DNA of 64,000 nucleotides from Adineta vaga (Eukaryota; Animalia; Rotifera). The first letter of the stretch is position 1. Each line of letters starts with the position of its first letter. Made by a program: the position numbers and the translations under genes. Below the pieces are notes generated by a model. That model worked only from the letters and a program-made list of their open reading frames with translations. It ran no database searches and was not told the origin of the DNA. Location: positions 19,716,001 through 19,780,000 of the forward strand of contig CP075492.1 of NCBI GenBank assembly GCA_021613535.1, read 5' to 3'. This document shows positions 1 through 11,810 of this stretch, piece after piece.

Positions 1-223
1 TAAGAAATCCTATATCTAATGAATTAGGTGTTGTTTCAGCAGGCGTGACATTTTCATCAATATTAGTAGGAGGAAGAGAAGGCGGCGTGACGTATGTTGT
101 TTCTAAACTTGTTGTAGATTGTGGATGTGACACATCGAAATGTCGACAAAATTCTATATCATTGAGTAATTCTTCTAAAGCATTATCAAGAGTAGTATTA
201 TTATGTGAATTATTTGTAGCCAT
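1..223 (-). CDS. 5' part of an unknown ORF running off the left edge, co-oriented with the Athena RT
   Basis: ATG at 223; open frame MATNNSHNNTTLDNALEELLNDIEFCRHF... to the window edge; no recognisable motif. Confidence 0.35.
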   Translation of the reverse strand, partial: MATNNSHNNTTLDNALEELLNDIEFCRHFDVSHPQSTTSLETTYVTPPSLPPTNIDENVTPAETTPNSLDIGFL

Positions 224-1398
224 TTGATTTGTATATTATCTGTTGTCGATAGACAAGAAATAATGTCAAATATGAAACACAAAAGTTACGACATAGAATT
301 ATTTAGAAAGACAAAAACAACTCTTCGATAGAAGAGTCAAATAAACATGTCTAAATATGTACACAGTATCGCAGTCAGTTTATTTATGTTATACAAACAA
401 AAGAGAATAGAAAGTTCGAATAACAATATCATGCAACACATTTATTCTCTGTTTGAAAGTGTTGGATAGAAGCTTTGTATGCATTATATTTGACTTATTA
501 TTCTGCAATTTTGTTACTTGAAATATAATCATAATCACATAACCGAACAATCTAGAATTATAATATAAAAGAATTCGGAATGTTAAGAAAAATCTGTCAT
601 AACATATTTGATTCACTTACTATGTCTTACTGACCACTGTCTAATTCATTGTTTATGTTTACTTCATCGCCAGGATCCAAGCTATAATCAATATAATGTA
701 TAAATTTTGAATCTTTTATTATTACAAGGACTTTCATATCGAAACACGATATCGACAATCGAAAAGGCTTTATTTTTATTCAGAGAATTCTTTTTACATC
801 ACGGGAAAGTAATAATAAGAATAGAAGTACTAATTGCTACTAATAGTAATAGGTTCAATGTGGATCAAGTCGTTGTATTTACAAGAAGACAACCTTCAGC
901 AAGTGAAGCTCCCGTACAATTCACTGGTCGACGAAAACTATATGAATGATTGATATTGTGAAATATATAAGAATAACCGCTCATCTGCCAATTTATTGGG
1001 ATAGTGTCAAGCTTTGATAATGTTTTGTTGAATCGCCATTCAATCTTTTCGTGTACGAAATTAGATCTATGGAAATTATATTTTATATGGAGACAGTATG
1101 TACGATAGTGTGGGAGTAGGTAACTAAAACATTTTACTATCGCAATTTCGACCTTGCTTAGGGATCTCGTCAGGTAGATTGTATTCCAATGTGTTGTGAA
1201 TCGATTGAATAGGATGAGTCTTTTGGAGAGTTAAGTCTCGAATTATTGCTTGCTGCAGACGGGTAGGCTAATAGTTTTTGATGAAGCTAATACGTAATAT
1301 GATACTTCTGTTTTCTTTTATTTTTCCATTTTATTGAATATATGAAGATATGATATGCAGGAATACGAAACACATAGTATTAAGAACTATAGAGAATG

Positions 1399-4300
1399 TT
1401 AGTCATCCGTTTTTTTGTCTAGTGTAATCTTATAATCGTTGTGTTGGCGACCGTCCAGACGAACGAATTCTTGTTTCATATTGGGATTATTTCGATTACC
1501 AATAATCAATCGTGTATTAATAACTGGTGATCGTCGAAATGTATCATTCCAAAGTCGATGTACATCTTGTTTAAATGACGTCAGACGTCTTTCATGAGTG
1601 TAATGGATGATTAGTTAGTTGTCCCATTTCGAATGTTTCTGTGGCTTAGCTTGGACCATGACGTGTTGGGAAGAGTTTCCATGTGGAATGTCTTGTATTC
1701 TAGTCAATCGTGAAGCAAGTTGATATTCTGAAACAGTTGGTTTATGCAGAGTTTGATGACGAATGTTGTTAAAGTCGTTCTCGTCATCAATTAGTGTTTG
1801 GATGTTGGAACTCTGTATGTATGGAGAGAAAAATCGTTTGAATTGGGCCATGATGAAACAAGATGGATACCTAAATAGTTTCGATGAAAACATTATATCT
1901 AAATTAAGCGTATGTTCAAGGATTACTTATTATAAAGGAGCATTAATTTAATAGTGCGTTGTTCACTCTGAAAAATCGACAATGTCGATGAATAACGTAT
2001 TGCTCGAAGAAGTGCACCATCAATAATATTTCGAAATGTATGTCGAGGATGATCCGAATTGAATGGCACAACGTATGGTTCAGCTGCTTCTTTATGATAC
2101 ACATGTGTTTTCAATACTCCGTTGTTGTTCTCAATGAAGAGATCAAGAAATGCTAAATTTGTGCCAATTTCACGAACTAATTTGATATTTGGATGATAAA
2201 TATTGGCTTTATCTAAGACTTCATTGATTTTATCAGGTGGTTCATTTGTAGTAAAGAAAATATCGTCGATATACCTATAAGTACGAAAGAAACAGAAAGA
2301 CAGGCTCAGTATACATGTTGAATACGAAAGAAAAGGTACGTACCGGCCATAAATTTCATTTGAATTTGTTTGTCGAAGAACAAGTTCCTTCTCCCATTTC
2401 CACATGAAAATATTTGCTAAAGTTAAAGTGAATGCCGATCCCATAGCTCCTCCAACCACTTGTCGATAGAATTTCTTTTCATATGTAAACACATTTTCGG
2501 TAAGAACAAGACGAGCTAATTTCCGAATGGCATCGAGTGGAACACTTTGCACTTTCTGATAGCCATGTTTCAAGAGAAATTCAGTAAGAATATCTAGAGA
2601 TTCTTCTTGTGGTAACATTGTATATAGATCTGTAATATCAAATGTACACAAATAAGTTGTTGGTTTCAAATAACCATTTTTAACATATGTTTGTAGGCGA
2701 CGAATAAGATCAACACCATCAATAATTGTAGTCGAACGAACATGTTTATCAAATAATGGTCGAAGTAATCGATCGAGAAATTTTGAAATACCAGTTGTCG
2801 GTGTACACATTGAAGATACGATTGGTCTTAGAGGTGTACCTTGCTACAAAATACATAACACAGGTCATAATACTAATGAAAACAATTTAGAATTTACCTT
2901 ATGTGGTTTTGGAATGAAGTACAAATAAGCCAATTCAACTTTATCTCGTTTTGGCATCATTTTTTCAAGTTGCCATGCAAGAATGTGTTTCTTCGAACGA
3001 AGATCATTGAGTAATTGAACGACTTTGTCGAAAACTATCCATAATGGGTCATTCACTAGCTCAACATATGCTCCAGGTTTTTGTCGATAAGCTTCCGCTT
3101 TTTCCTCATAATCTTTGGCATTACCAATATGAAATATACCACTCTTATCTGTTACACGAAGAATTTGATTGTTTTTCTTCAAGCGATATTGAATAGACCT
3201 GGCTAATTTAAGCTCTTGTCGTGCACGATACACGTGTATATACGGTATTGGAGTCATAAATCGTTCATAGAGATAGGCTGCTAACTGGTGAGAAAACTGT
3301 TTAATGATTGTTGATGTTGGTGACATACGATGTACACGGATCAGATAAGGAACGATTACATCAAGAATGTTGTTATATTCTCGTTCGACTTGTTGCTTTT
3401 GATGGTCACTAGAATGAAGATAAGTTTGATTCGGTCGAATATAACTTGGACCTTGAGAAATAGAAAGATAAGTATAATGGAAAATATCAGATGTAGTATA
3501 GTATTGAGCTATAATTTTTATTTACCGTTGTGTGACAGATATTCTAGTTCGGTATCATTTAACACTATTTTTGAAACATCAACCAGCACTTGTGGATATA
3601 CATCGATGACGTTCTTTTTTATCAATGTTTGCCGACGAAGATGATGATGATGTGTTAATTTAATATGCAGACATGTTTCTTTGAAACGTATCTGACGTAT
3701 GAGTCGATATGTATAATTATTTAGATACAATTCAAGAAAATACAATAAGATGTCTGTTTGACGTTTGTGATTAGAAGAATCTGGATTTCGAATTTGTTGT
3801 TGAAGTATGGTTAGTTCTTGTTGATATAAATATTCATACTGCTGAATTTTCTCTTCATATTCTTTCAATTCAACATTTAGGGTCATACGTTTTAGTTCTT
3901 GTACCATCTTGTAATGTTTTTTGGTGAGCTGCTTGACATCAACGTTAGGTATTATAGAATCAAACGATTTTGGTCATTCATGACATAAAATTCGTTGTTC
4001 AAACATTGTTAATTGTTCGAATACTTTCAGTTGTTTCGTACGAATCGCTGTTAAATGATGGATTGCTTCAAACTTAAAACAAATGAAAGAAATGATCAAG
4101 AAAGATCAGTGAACCCTTCTTACTTGATCAGCAGTTAAATAGTAGAAAGTTAGTTGTTTGAAGAGTTGTTTTTCGTAGATTTCATCTTTTAGTTTATTTA
4201 CTTGATAGTTGACTGTTCTGAGCAAATCGATATGGTGTAAGCATACAAATTCTTTTAATCTTCTATCGATGACTTCTATCGGAGTTAAAGTTGATGGTAA

Positions 4301-5199
4301 AGATAAAGACTGAGATTCTATTTCAGTTACATATTGATCCAGTTGATTTCTTATTAATATTAAATAATCTGCCAAATACTTTTGAATGACCTTGTTTTCG
4401 TTTGATCCTACGATTTCCAGGATATCTTCCTATGGAAATAATGGTTATGTACAATGATAAAATGTTGCTCTTCTTTCTTCCTGATCGGAGTATTTAACTG
4501 TAGAGATAATGAATAGAGAAGTTGATATCGTGGCATTCTTAAATATCTAGATGACTTGTAAAAAGTACAAGTATTATTCCGAGAACTATTGTTTTCTTCA
4601 TTGGTAGATGATTTCGTGGTATGCACTGCTTTTCTTCTTTTTCTCAGTGATATCTGATGGGAAAGTGATAACTGACTGAGTGATTTCATTGAGCTTGACA
4701 TAAAATTTTGTGTGGATATATCTCTTTTCCGTTTTTTTGATAGTTTAAAATGATCAGCAGTGAGTTGCTCATTTGATACTTGTTCAGATATTGTATGATC
4801 CTTAGTTTGGACTAACGAAGTGATTTGTTCCTCAGATAATCCACGAGCCCGACATTTCCGTTTGAAATGTTGTAACTTTCGATTTCCATGACATTTTCTT
4901 TTTTTGTTCTTCATAAGTGAATCACTTATAATGAATTCTTGCGTTTCAGCTGTAACAGTTTTAGAACAATCATCTTTATTTTGTAGCAAGTTATTCGAAG
5001 AATAAATGCTATCATTATTTTCATTGTCATCAATCATAAGTAATACTTTTCCACGTATATGCTTTAATCTAAAAAACAAAAGAGTTAGTTTCATGAATAG
5101 AAAGATGTTCAAAGGTAACAAATGAAATGATTTATCGTTAATAGAAAGATTATGATAGTTTTTTTTATTTAAGATTTTCATAAATGACGACATCAACAC
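1399..5199 (-). mobile_element. Decayed Athena-type (endonuclease-deficient Penelope-like) retroelement: basic/coiled-coil N-terminal region spliced to RT
   Basis: PLE RT motifs TDKSG, LYFIPKPHK, LRPIVS, FDITDLYT, GGAMGS, YIDD, FLD. KR-rich KKRKCHGNRKLQHFKRK upstream. GT-AG introns, including 2275-2343 between YGR and YIDD. C-terminus IIHYTHE...LIIGNRNN with no GIY-YIG. In-frame TAA at 1615-1617 and an apparent deletion near 4440-4450. Confidence 0.85.
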
Positions 5200-5737
5200 C
5201 TGGTAAACTCAGCGATGGCATGATAGCTGCAGTTGTTCTTCCAACTGTCGATGATAATGTTGGCATTACTGCACCAAAAAATAATGAATCAAATGATGGC
5301 TGATTATGATTAACATTCTGTTCGATATCCATCTCTACGAACGGAGGAAAATCTTGTTAATGTCTGATATTAATGATGCACAGCTAGTCAAATCATTCTA
5401 TGATTTAAATCCGACATCACAACAGGTTTCTGTTCATTTATTACATAGTTTTATTTTACTTTATTCTTGTCTTTCATGATATCTTAGATTTCGACTGCTC
5501 AAAAACTTTGGCGAACTAAAATAAAGCACTGTCGAAAAACCGTTCTTCATCAAAAGAAAAACTATTCATTGTCAATGTTATATGCTAGTACAATAAATAA
5601 AGAGAGCCAAAAGCAGCAAAATGAAGTACCTAAAATGGAATCATTTACTCCGACCATGTCTACTATTGTGGAAGCTCGTCTATGTAATATGGAAGAGCGC
5701 ATTCATCAATTGATACATTTTTCTTCTACTTTTTACC

Positions 5738-8700
5738 CAGGGCTGCCATATGTACCCCATTGTGGGGTACAAAACCCCATTTTAACATTTGTACCCCAGA
5801 AAATCTTGTACCCCAGGGGTACAAAATTTGTACCCCATTTGTCATTTTTAGCTTGAAATACAATTAACTGATTTTCTAATGAAAATGCGTTGTATTTATT
5901 ATTGAAATGCTGTCATCTTATAAAGACATCTACAGTAAAAACTGTAGTAAAAAGAAAAGAAAAGAATTGACCAATGGATATTAGAATTCATCCTAATATC
6001 GTTCTGTAAAGATTCAGTTCTACAGAATTTTCAGTCCAAAGCATTGTTCGCCGAACATACAATGAAATGAACTTTAATCGATTTCTTCTCGTTTAATATC
6101 TCATTATTTTATTACTTTTGCTTATTATATCTATCGACTGATATTGTTTCATCAATTAATCTTGTTTTAGGTGACCTTTTCTGTGGTTCTCTTGATCGTT
6201 CTTTTCGTCGTATGGATTTGAACAATAATTCTGATTTAGAAGCTGTTGAAGGTTCTGAATCTTCAGATTCAGAAGTAACAACAAGTGAAAAATCTTCTGA
6301 TTCTCAAATCAAAACACCTGGTGGTACAAAACAAAAAAAAGGTCGTTCATCAACATCTAAAAGACGTTGTACTTCCAAATCAAAATGGCTAAAAGATAGC
6401 CAATATACTTCATTTCTCAAAGAATGTCCTTATAATAAACATTCTGCTCATTGTTGCATATGTAATTCAAACTTCTCTATTGCTAATGGTGGTCTTTATT
6501 TAATTAATCGTCATATGGATCAACCTGGTCATAAACGTTTAGCTGCAGCTCAAGCGAAAGAAAAATGTAAAGTATAATACAGATACAGTATATTTTATTA
6601 CATAATTGATTTTTGTTATTAAGCACGACTAATAAACGAATTTCTTCCACCGTCATCAGCATTAACTAAATTAACTGCAGCTGAACTTAGTCTTGTTTTT
6701 CATGGAGTCCATCATGGATATAGTTATGTTAGTCAATCATGTGCAGTTGATCTTCTAAAAAAGATTTTCAATGATTCTTACATTGGACAAAATATCACCT
6801 GTGGTAAAACAAAAGCACGTGATTTAGCTGTGAACGTACTTGGTGAGTGAATGACTAGAACTTATAGGAAAAAGCATTCGATAATGAAAAGAAATACGAG
6901 AAATTATTTATACTATTCATGAACTTGTTCTAAAAAATATTTTATGATTTTTAGCTCCATTTTTCACTTCTAAAATTCTTCAAGAAGTCAATCAATCTTC
7001 TTTTTATTCCTTATCTTTCCATGGATCAAATAAGGGAAACATCAAGATGTTCCCATTTATCATTAATTATTTCACAATTGAATATGGTATTGTTAGATCT
7101 GTATTACAAGTTGTTGAACAACCACGTGAATCAGCTCAAGATATTGTTGATACATTGCGTAATGTGCTAAAGACACATAGTCTTGATATTGATAAATTAA
7201 CCTCTATTGGTGCTGATAATACGAATACAAATTATGGACGACATCATTCGGTTTTTTCTATTATTCAACGTGAAGTTTCGAACTTATGCAAAGGTAATAG
7301 TATAACTTTTTAAAAATTGATAGATTTATATTTCGTTTCGTAGGGAATTGTTTTTGTCATGTTTTATCCAATTCAGTGAAAACATCGCATCGATATTTAC
7401 CAGTTGATGTTGAAACGTATTTGTCTCAACTATATAATCATTTTAGTTCATCATCCAAACGTGTTGCTGAACTAAAAGAATATTTTGAATTTGTCGAACA
7501 AGATTATTTAGTGAGTACGGTCATTTATATTTTTAATAAATTGAAAAGTGCTGTTTGTTTAGCGTTTACTTCAACATATAAAACTTCGTTGGCTTAGTTT
7601 ATACAATTCAATTGACCGATTGCTAAAAGTGTATGAACCACTGTCTTCATACTTCCTCGGTTTTGATAATGATAATGATAATGAAGATGAAGATATAGAT
7701 ACATATACGTCTTGTCCACCAATAATTCGAACTTTTTTCTCATCGACGATGTCGAAATGTACTTTACATTTTTTACATCAAGTCTTGTTCGATATTCAAA
7801 CGAAGAACTTAGAGCTACAACGATATGGTACTACAATTGCTGATCTACATGGAATTATTTCAAATTTACTGAAAAAACTAAATGATCGACTTGAACAAAA
7901 ATATTTTGGTCAAAGTACACGTATACTACTGAATTCGATGTCAGTAGAAGAACAAGAAAAGACGATTTCTTCCTTTACAAACTATTTGTCAAATATTATT
8001 AAATACATAAGTAAATATTATGAAGAACATTCTGTCTTGGCAGAAACATTATCTATCTTCGGTAATTTTAGCAATTAAACGTATTGAAGCATGAGAAGAT
8101 AATAATTTCTTTGGTTCTAGGAATCGTTGAAATCGATCAAATTACATTCGATCAAGTCGAACGATGTGTTATCAGTCTTAAACTTGAACTCGATCATGAC
8201 AAGTTATTTGAAGAATTGATGAATTTACAATCAATCTATAAAGAAGTTTCTTCTTATCGTGAGTCACTCTTTGTCCAAGTACAAAAGCATGTTGGTATTG
8301 GTGGTCGTAATTTTGATGAAATTGGAGGAAAAGATGATAATGATGAATATGTTCATAAACCATCAACACAAAATCATCAATCTACAATTCGACCAGATCA
8401 ACTTTGGGCTTATTTGATATCAAAAACAACAACAAAATGTCAAGAAATTATGAAGTTAATCTCTTTCATTTATTCTATTCCTTGTTCCAATGCTTTCACA
8501 GAAGGTGTATTTAATCATATGAAGCATGCATGGACACCTAGTCGTAATTCAATGTCAGTTAAAACTATTGCTGCTGAATTACAAATTCGATTAAATTGTA
8601 AGATGAAATGTAATGAATTTTATTCATTTGTGCAGAATGAACCTGAATTATTAAAATGTGCTCGACGTGCCGAAAAATATAACTATACGAAAAAACCTTG

Positions 8701-9049
8701 TTCTAGTTCCAGCTAATTTATTTTTGAAATATGTATCAAATTTTATTGTGCTCTTTTTTATCTGGTATATTGTTTTTGATGTTTACTTTATGAACTAAGT
8801 CAATTAGCATACTGCTTTTTTTGAAAGAAAATGAACAATAAAGCGAATCTAATAATAGAAACACTGACAAACTGTCTTGTTTTATGCGAAAATGTTTAAT
8901 TTGTTCGGTTTCTCTAATAAAAACCTCCAGTTCGAGATGGAAATGGTGTACCCCAATGATGTACCCCATTTATAAAAAGAATGTACCCCAAATGTACCCC
9001 ATTTAGACTTTCGAAAACCCTATTTCAAAAATAAAAAATGGCAGCCCTG
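5738..9049 (+). mobile_element. Full-length hAT DNA transposon (3312 bp)
   Basis: Perfect 12-bp TIRs CAGGGCTGCCAT; 8-bp TSD TTTTTACC (5730-5737 and 9050-9057); subterminal TGTACCCC repeats at both ends. Confidence 0.95.
6212..8716 (+). CDS. Multi-exon hAT transposase (ZNF862-like subgroup)
   Basis: BED-type zinc finger CCIC...RHMDQPGH; GADNTNTN; CFCH (CxxH); LRWLSL; C-terminal dimerization region SIPCSNAFTEGVF...RNSMS; short GT-AG introns. Confidence 0.9.
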
Positions 9050-11245
9050 TTTTTACCATAAACCTTTCTTCTCGTAATATACACCTCCACCCAATATTGT
9101 ATCCTCTATATAGATGGGAAAAAATTATCAATGAAAGTTTGAATGTATAAAAGTTTTCATTTCTTTTTCTTATTTGAATTGGTGTACAACTTCAACATGT
9201 AAACTAAACTTCTTTCTCTGTTCTAGATATAATTAACATTCGACATTTAGTATATTCTGAAATCAATTATCGAAATCTACATCAAGGAACGCTTTTTACG
9301 TACCACTAGTATTAAGAAAAAGTGTGAAAACGAAAAGAAAACTTTCTATTATCTATCTACATTTCAAATTATATTATCAAGGTATCAATCATTTCATACA
9401 TATCACATAGTTTCAAACATCTCAAAAGTAAGTATAAGCAGGAAAAGTAAACTACATACATAATCATATACTCAGACCCAAATATTTCCAAGGCATCTTA
9501 TCTTATTACGCACTCCCTTAACTAAGAATAAGATTTTTTCAACATGCTCAGCTCCAAATTATATCTGCTACACTGAATATGAGACTATAAAATTGATTGT
9601 ATCATATACCAAACATACAGGTAAGTATAGCTTCGGTTTCATATGCAATGAACGTTACACTACTTCTTCTCTTATGACCTTTCAATCGCATTTCAGCCTT
9701 AAAAAGTTAAAAATTTTCTTTTAAGTTTAGACAAACGTTTTCAGCGACCTGAACAGCTCGATCTTCAAGTAAGGTGACGTATATAGTTATAACATTTTCA
9801 ATCAATACAAATCCTTATAAGTGTAAAAATTCTTTTTGTTTCGATTTAATTTATCTTGATATTTCTTTCTGATAATATTTCTCAGCAACATCATAGATAT
9901 CATTTTGAAGAAAGTTAATTCAAAAATGAATTCTATTTCACCAATCAATCGATTTATTCAAATGAATCCATGTCATTTCTACAGAAAAAATAATACGCAA
10001 AATTGTTGGCTTGGATACAAATATATTTCATGTGCGCATTTGCAAGAGTATTTACTTAAAATGATTAAACCGTGTACAAATGTGGTTAGTGATAACATAG
10101 TAGTACCAACAATAACGGTACCTCAATTACCTAGTATGTATTCGTTTGATAATCTTATTTTAAGTATGGCAAACAATGCAGACCTCGATGTCTAGATTAC
10201 AAGAAGAAATGTCATTCTGTCTCTTTTTCTACCGTTTTTTGCCAAATAGATCAATTACAAGCTACAATTTCATTCGATTTCCATTCGCCATATATCGTTG
10301 TTATTTTAATTCTATCCATAATTATATTCATTAGTCTACTTGTATTTTTCACAATTATTATTATTATCTATACTATGGATCATTGTCGAAAACACCGACG
10401 ACGACAAAGCTATATGCCAGAGACAAATCAATACATCCGTAAGTACTTTTATGTCCCTTATTCACTTATTTCTCTTCCTGAGTCCTTTTTCGATATAACG
10501 ATGATTCCTACTCTTAGAAACGGAAGCAACACAAGAACAACACTATTTACATCCATTGCCACCGATCCACTATAAAAAAGAAACACAGATCGGAAACAAT
10601 CATCAAAGTCTTCCAATAAACCAAAGTACGCTACGACAACCAACCACTCATGATTACGATCTACCGTCCGTGAGTTCTATAACCAATAATTACTTTACCT
10701 TTCAGTCAATTTCATTCATTTTTCTTGCTTTCCCTATTTCAGTCACCGCTTTACTATGAATGCCTTAACTAAGAAAGTCTAATCAACTGCGACTCCACTG
10801 CATCCAAACAAAAACCATGACAAGCCAACAGCTAGATGAACATACTGCTTCTGATTGACGCTCCATGAACTATTCTTTTTCGTGTATTTATCTTTCGTTT
10901 TTTAACTTCTTTACTAAAAACTTGGAAATTTCTTTGAAACAGTCAATCTCAATTCTATAACTTGAAAATTTCACGTGGCGGAGCATTCTCCTTCAACCAT
11001 TCATGACCGAAGTGAATTTATCCTATCTTCTCCTACGCATACAAACACAAACGCTAGTCCATCACACCACACAAAAACCTCCCATGTGAGCAACGGCAAA
11101 AATAAAGAGAGATACCAATTTATATTCATGATGAAAACAACAGTTGAGCCAGCCAAACAAGTTTATGTAGAATATTTATGCCACCTGATGACAGACCCTT
11201 TAGCAAGGTCGAAACTATAGTCGTGGTAGCTATTTCTTTATATAC

Positions 11246-11306
11246 ACACCCACACCCACACCCACACCCACACCCACACCCACACCCACACCCACACCCT
11301 CAAGAT
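11246..11306 (+). repeat. (ACACCC)9 telomere-type tract followed by TCAAGAT
   Basis: Nine perfect hexamers at 11246-11299, the reverse complement of the TGTGGG repeat. Confidence 0.95.
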
Positions 11307-11810
11307 AATGTAAAAATCTTATCCTACGAATCGAATTGGCGAAAACGTATTGTAAAAGAAAGTTTATTCACACATTATAGTTTTGGAAAAGCATTAAATG
11401 ATGTTAAACATAAATTAAAAATTTACGCTTAAAAACAGTAATTATCATTACTATTATAATGATAATTAAAATTAAATGATTACTATATAACTAAAATTAT
11501 AATCTTTTTTAAATTAAGCATTAAATAATAATTGTTATAAAGAAAAACATACATAAATTGTCCAATTAGGACGTTTTTGTCGGCCAAAAACAATGTTCTA
11601 CGAACATTATATTCGCGAATATAATACAATTACACTAATTATAATTAATCTTCTTTTCTTTCTCTATATATTGTAAAGTCATTTCTCTAACGTATTGTTT
11701 CCTGATGATGGAGAAAGTATATTCTCCGAAAGCTCGAAATAAAATTGAAATTTAAAATTCGAAGAATTTTAATATGTACTTCATAGCAGCTTTATACTCA
11801 TTTATTTGTT
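11304..11810 (+). mobile_element. 5'-truncated Penelope (GIY-YIG-type) element: end of the endonuclease ORF plus 3' pLTR region
   Basis: DNVKILSYESNWRKRIVKESLF...ALN matches the C-terminal pattern of Penelope GIY-YIG domains; stop at 11432; hammerhead and AATAAA downstream. Confidence 0.75.
11695..11742 (+). ncRNA. Minimal type I hammerhead ribozyme (PLE-associated)
   Basis: Stem I TTGTTTC/GAAATAA; core CTGATGA (11702-11708); stem II GGAGAA/TTCTCC; GAAA; palindromic AGCT in place of stem III; predicted cleavage after C11735. Confidence 0.85.

Larger units (their letters stand above)
5183..9080 (+). pseudogene. Decayed small spliced ORF divergent from the Athena element, split by the hAT insertion
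   Basis: Reads ...KSFYDLNPTSQQ, intron ~5426-5488, ISTAQKLWRTK..., IVEARLCNMEERIHQLIHFSSTFY, then resumes after the hAT as HKPFFS*. Stops and frameshifts are present. Confidence 0.45.

Noticed and set aside
11695-11742. Hammerhead as the pLTR of the Athena element
   Set aside because: It is on the opposite strand and upstream of Athena, and it follows a Penelope GIY-YIG tail instead.
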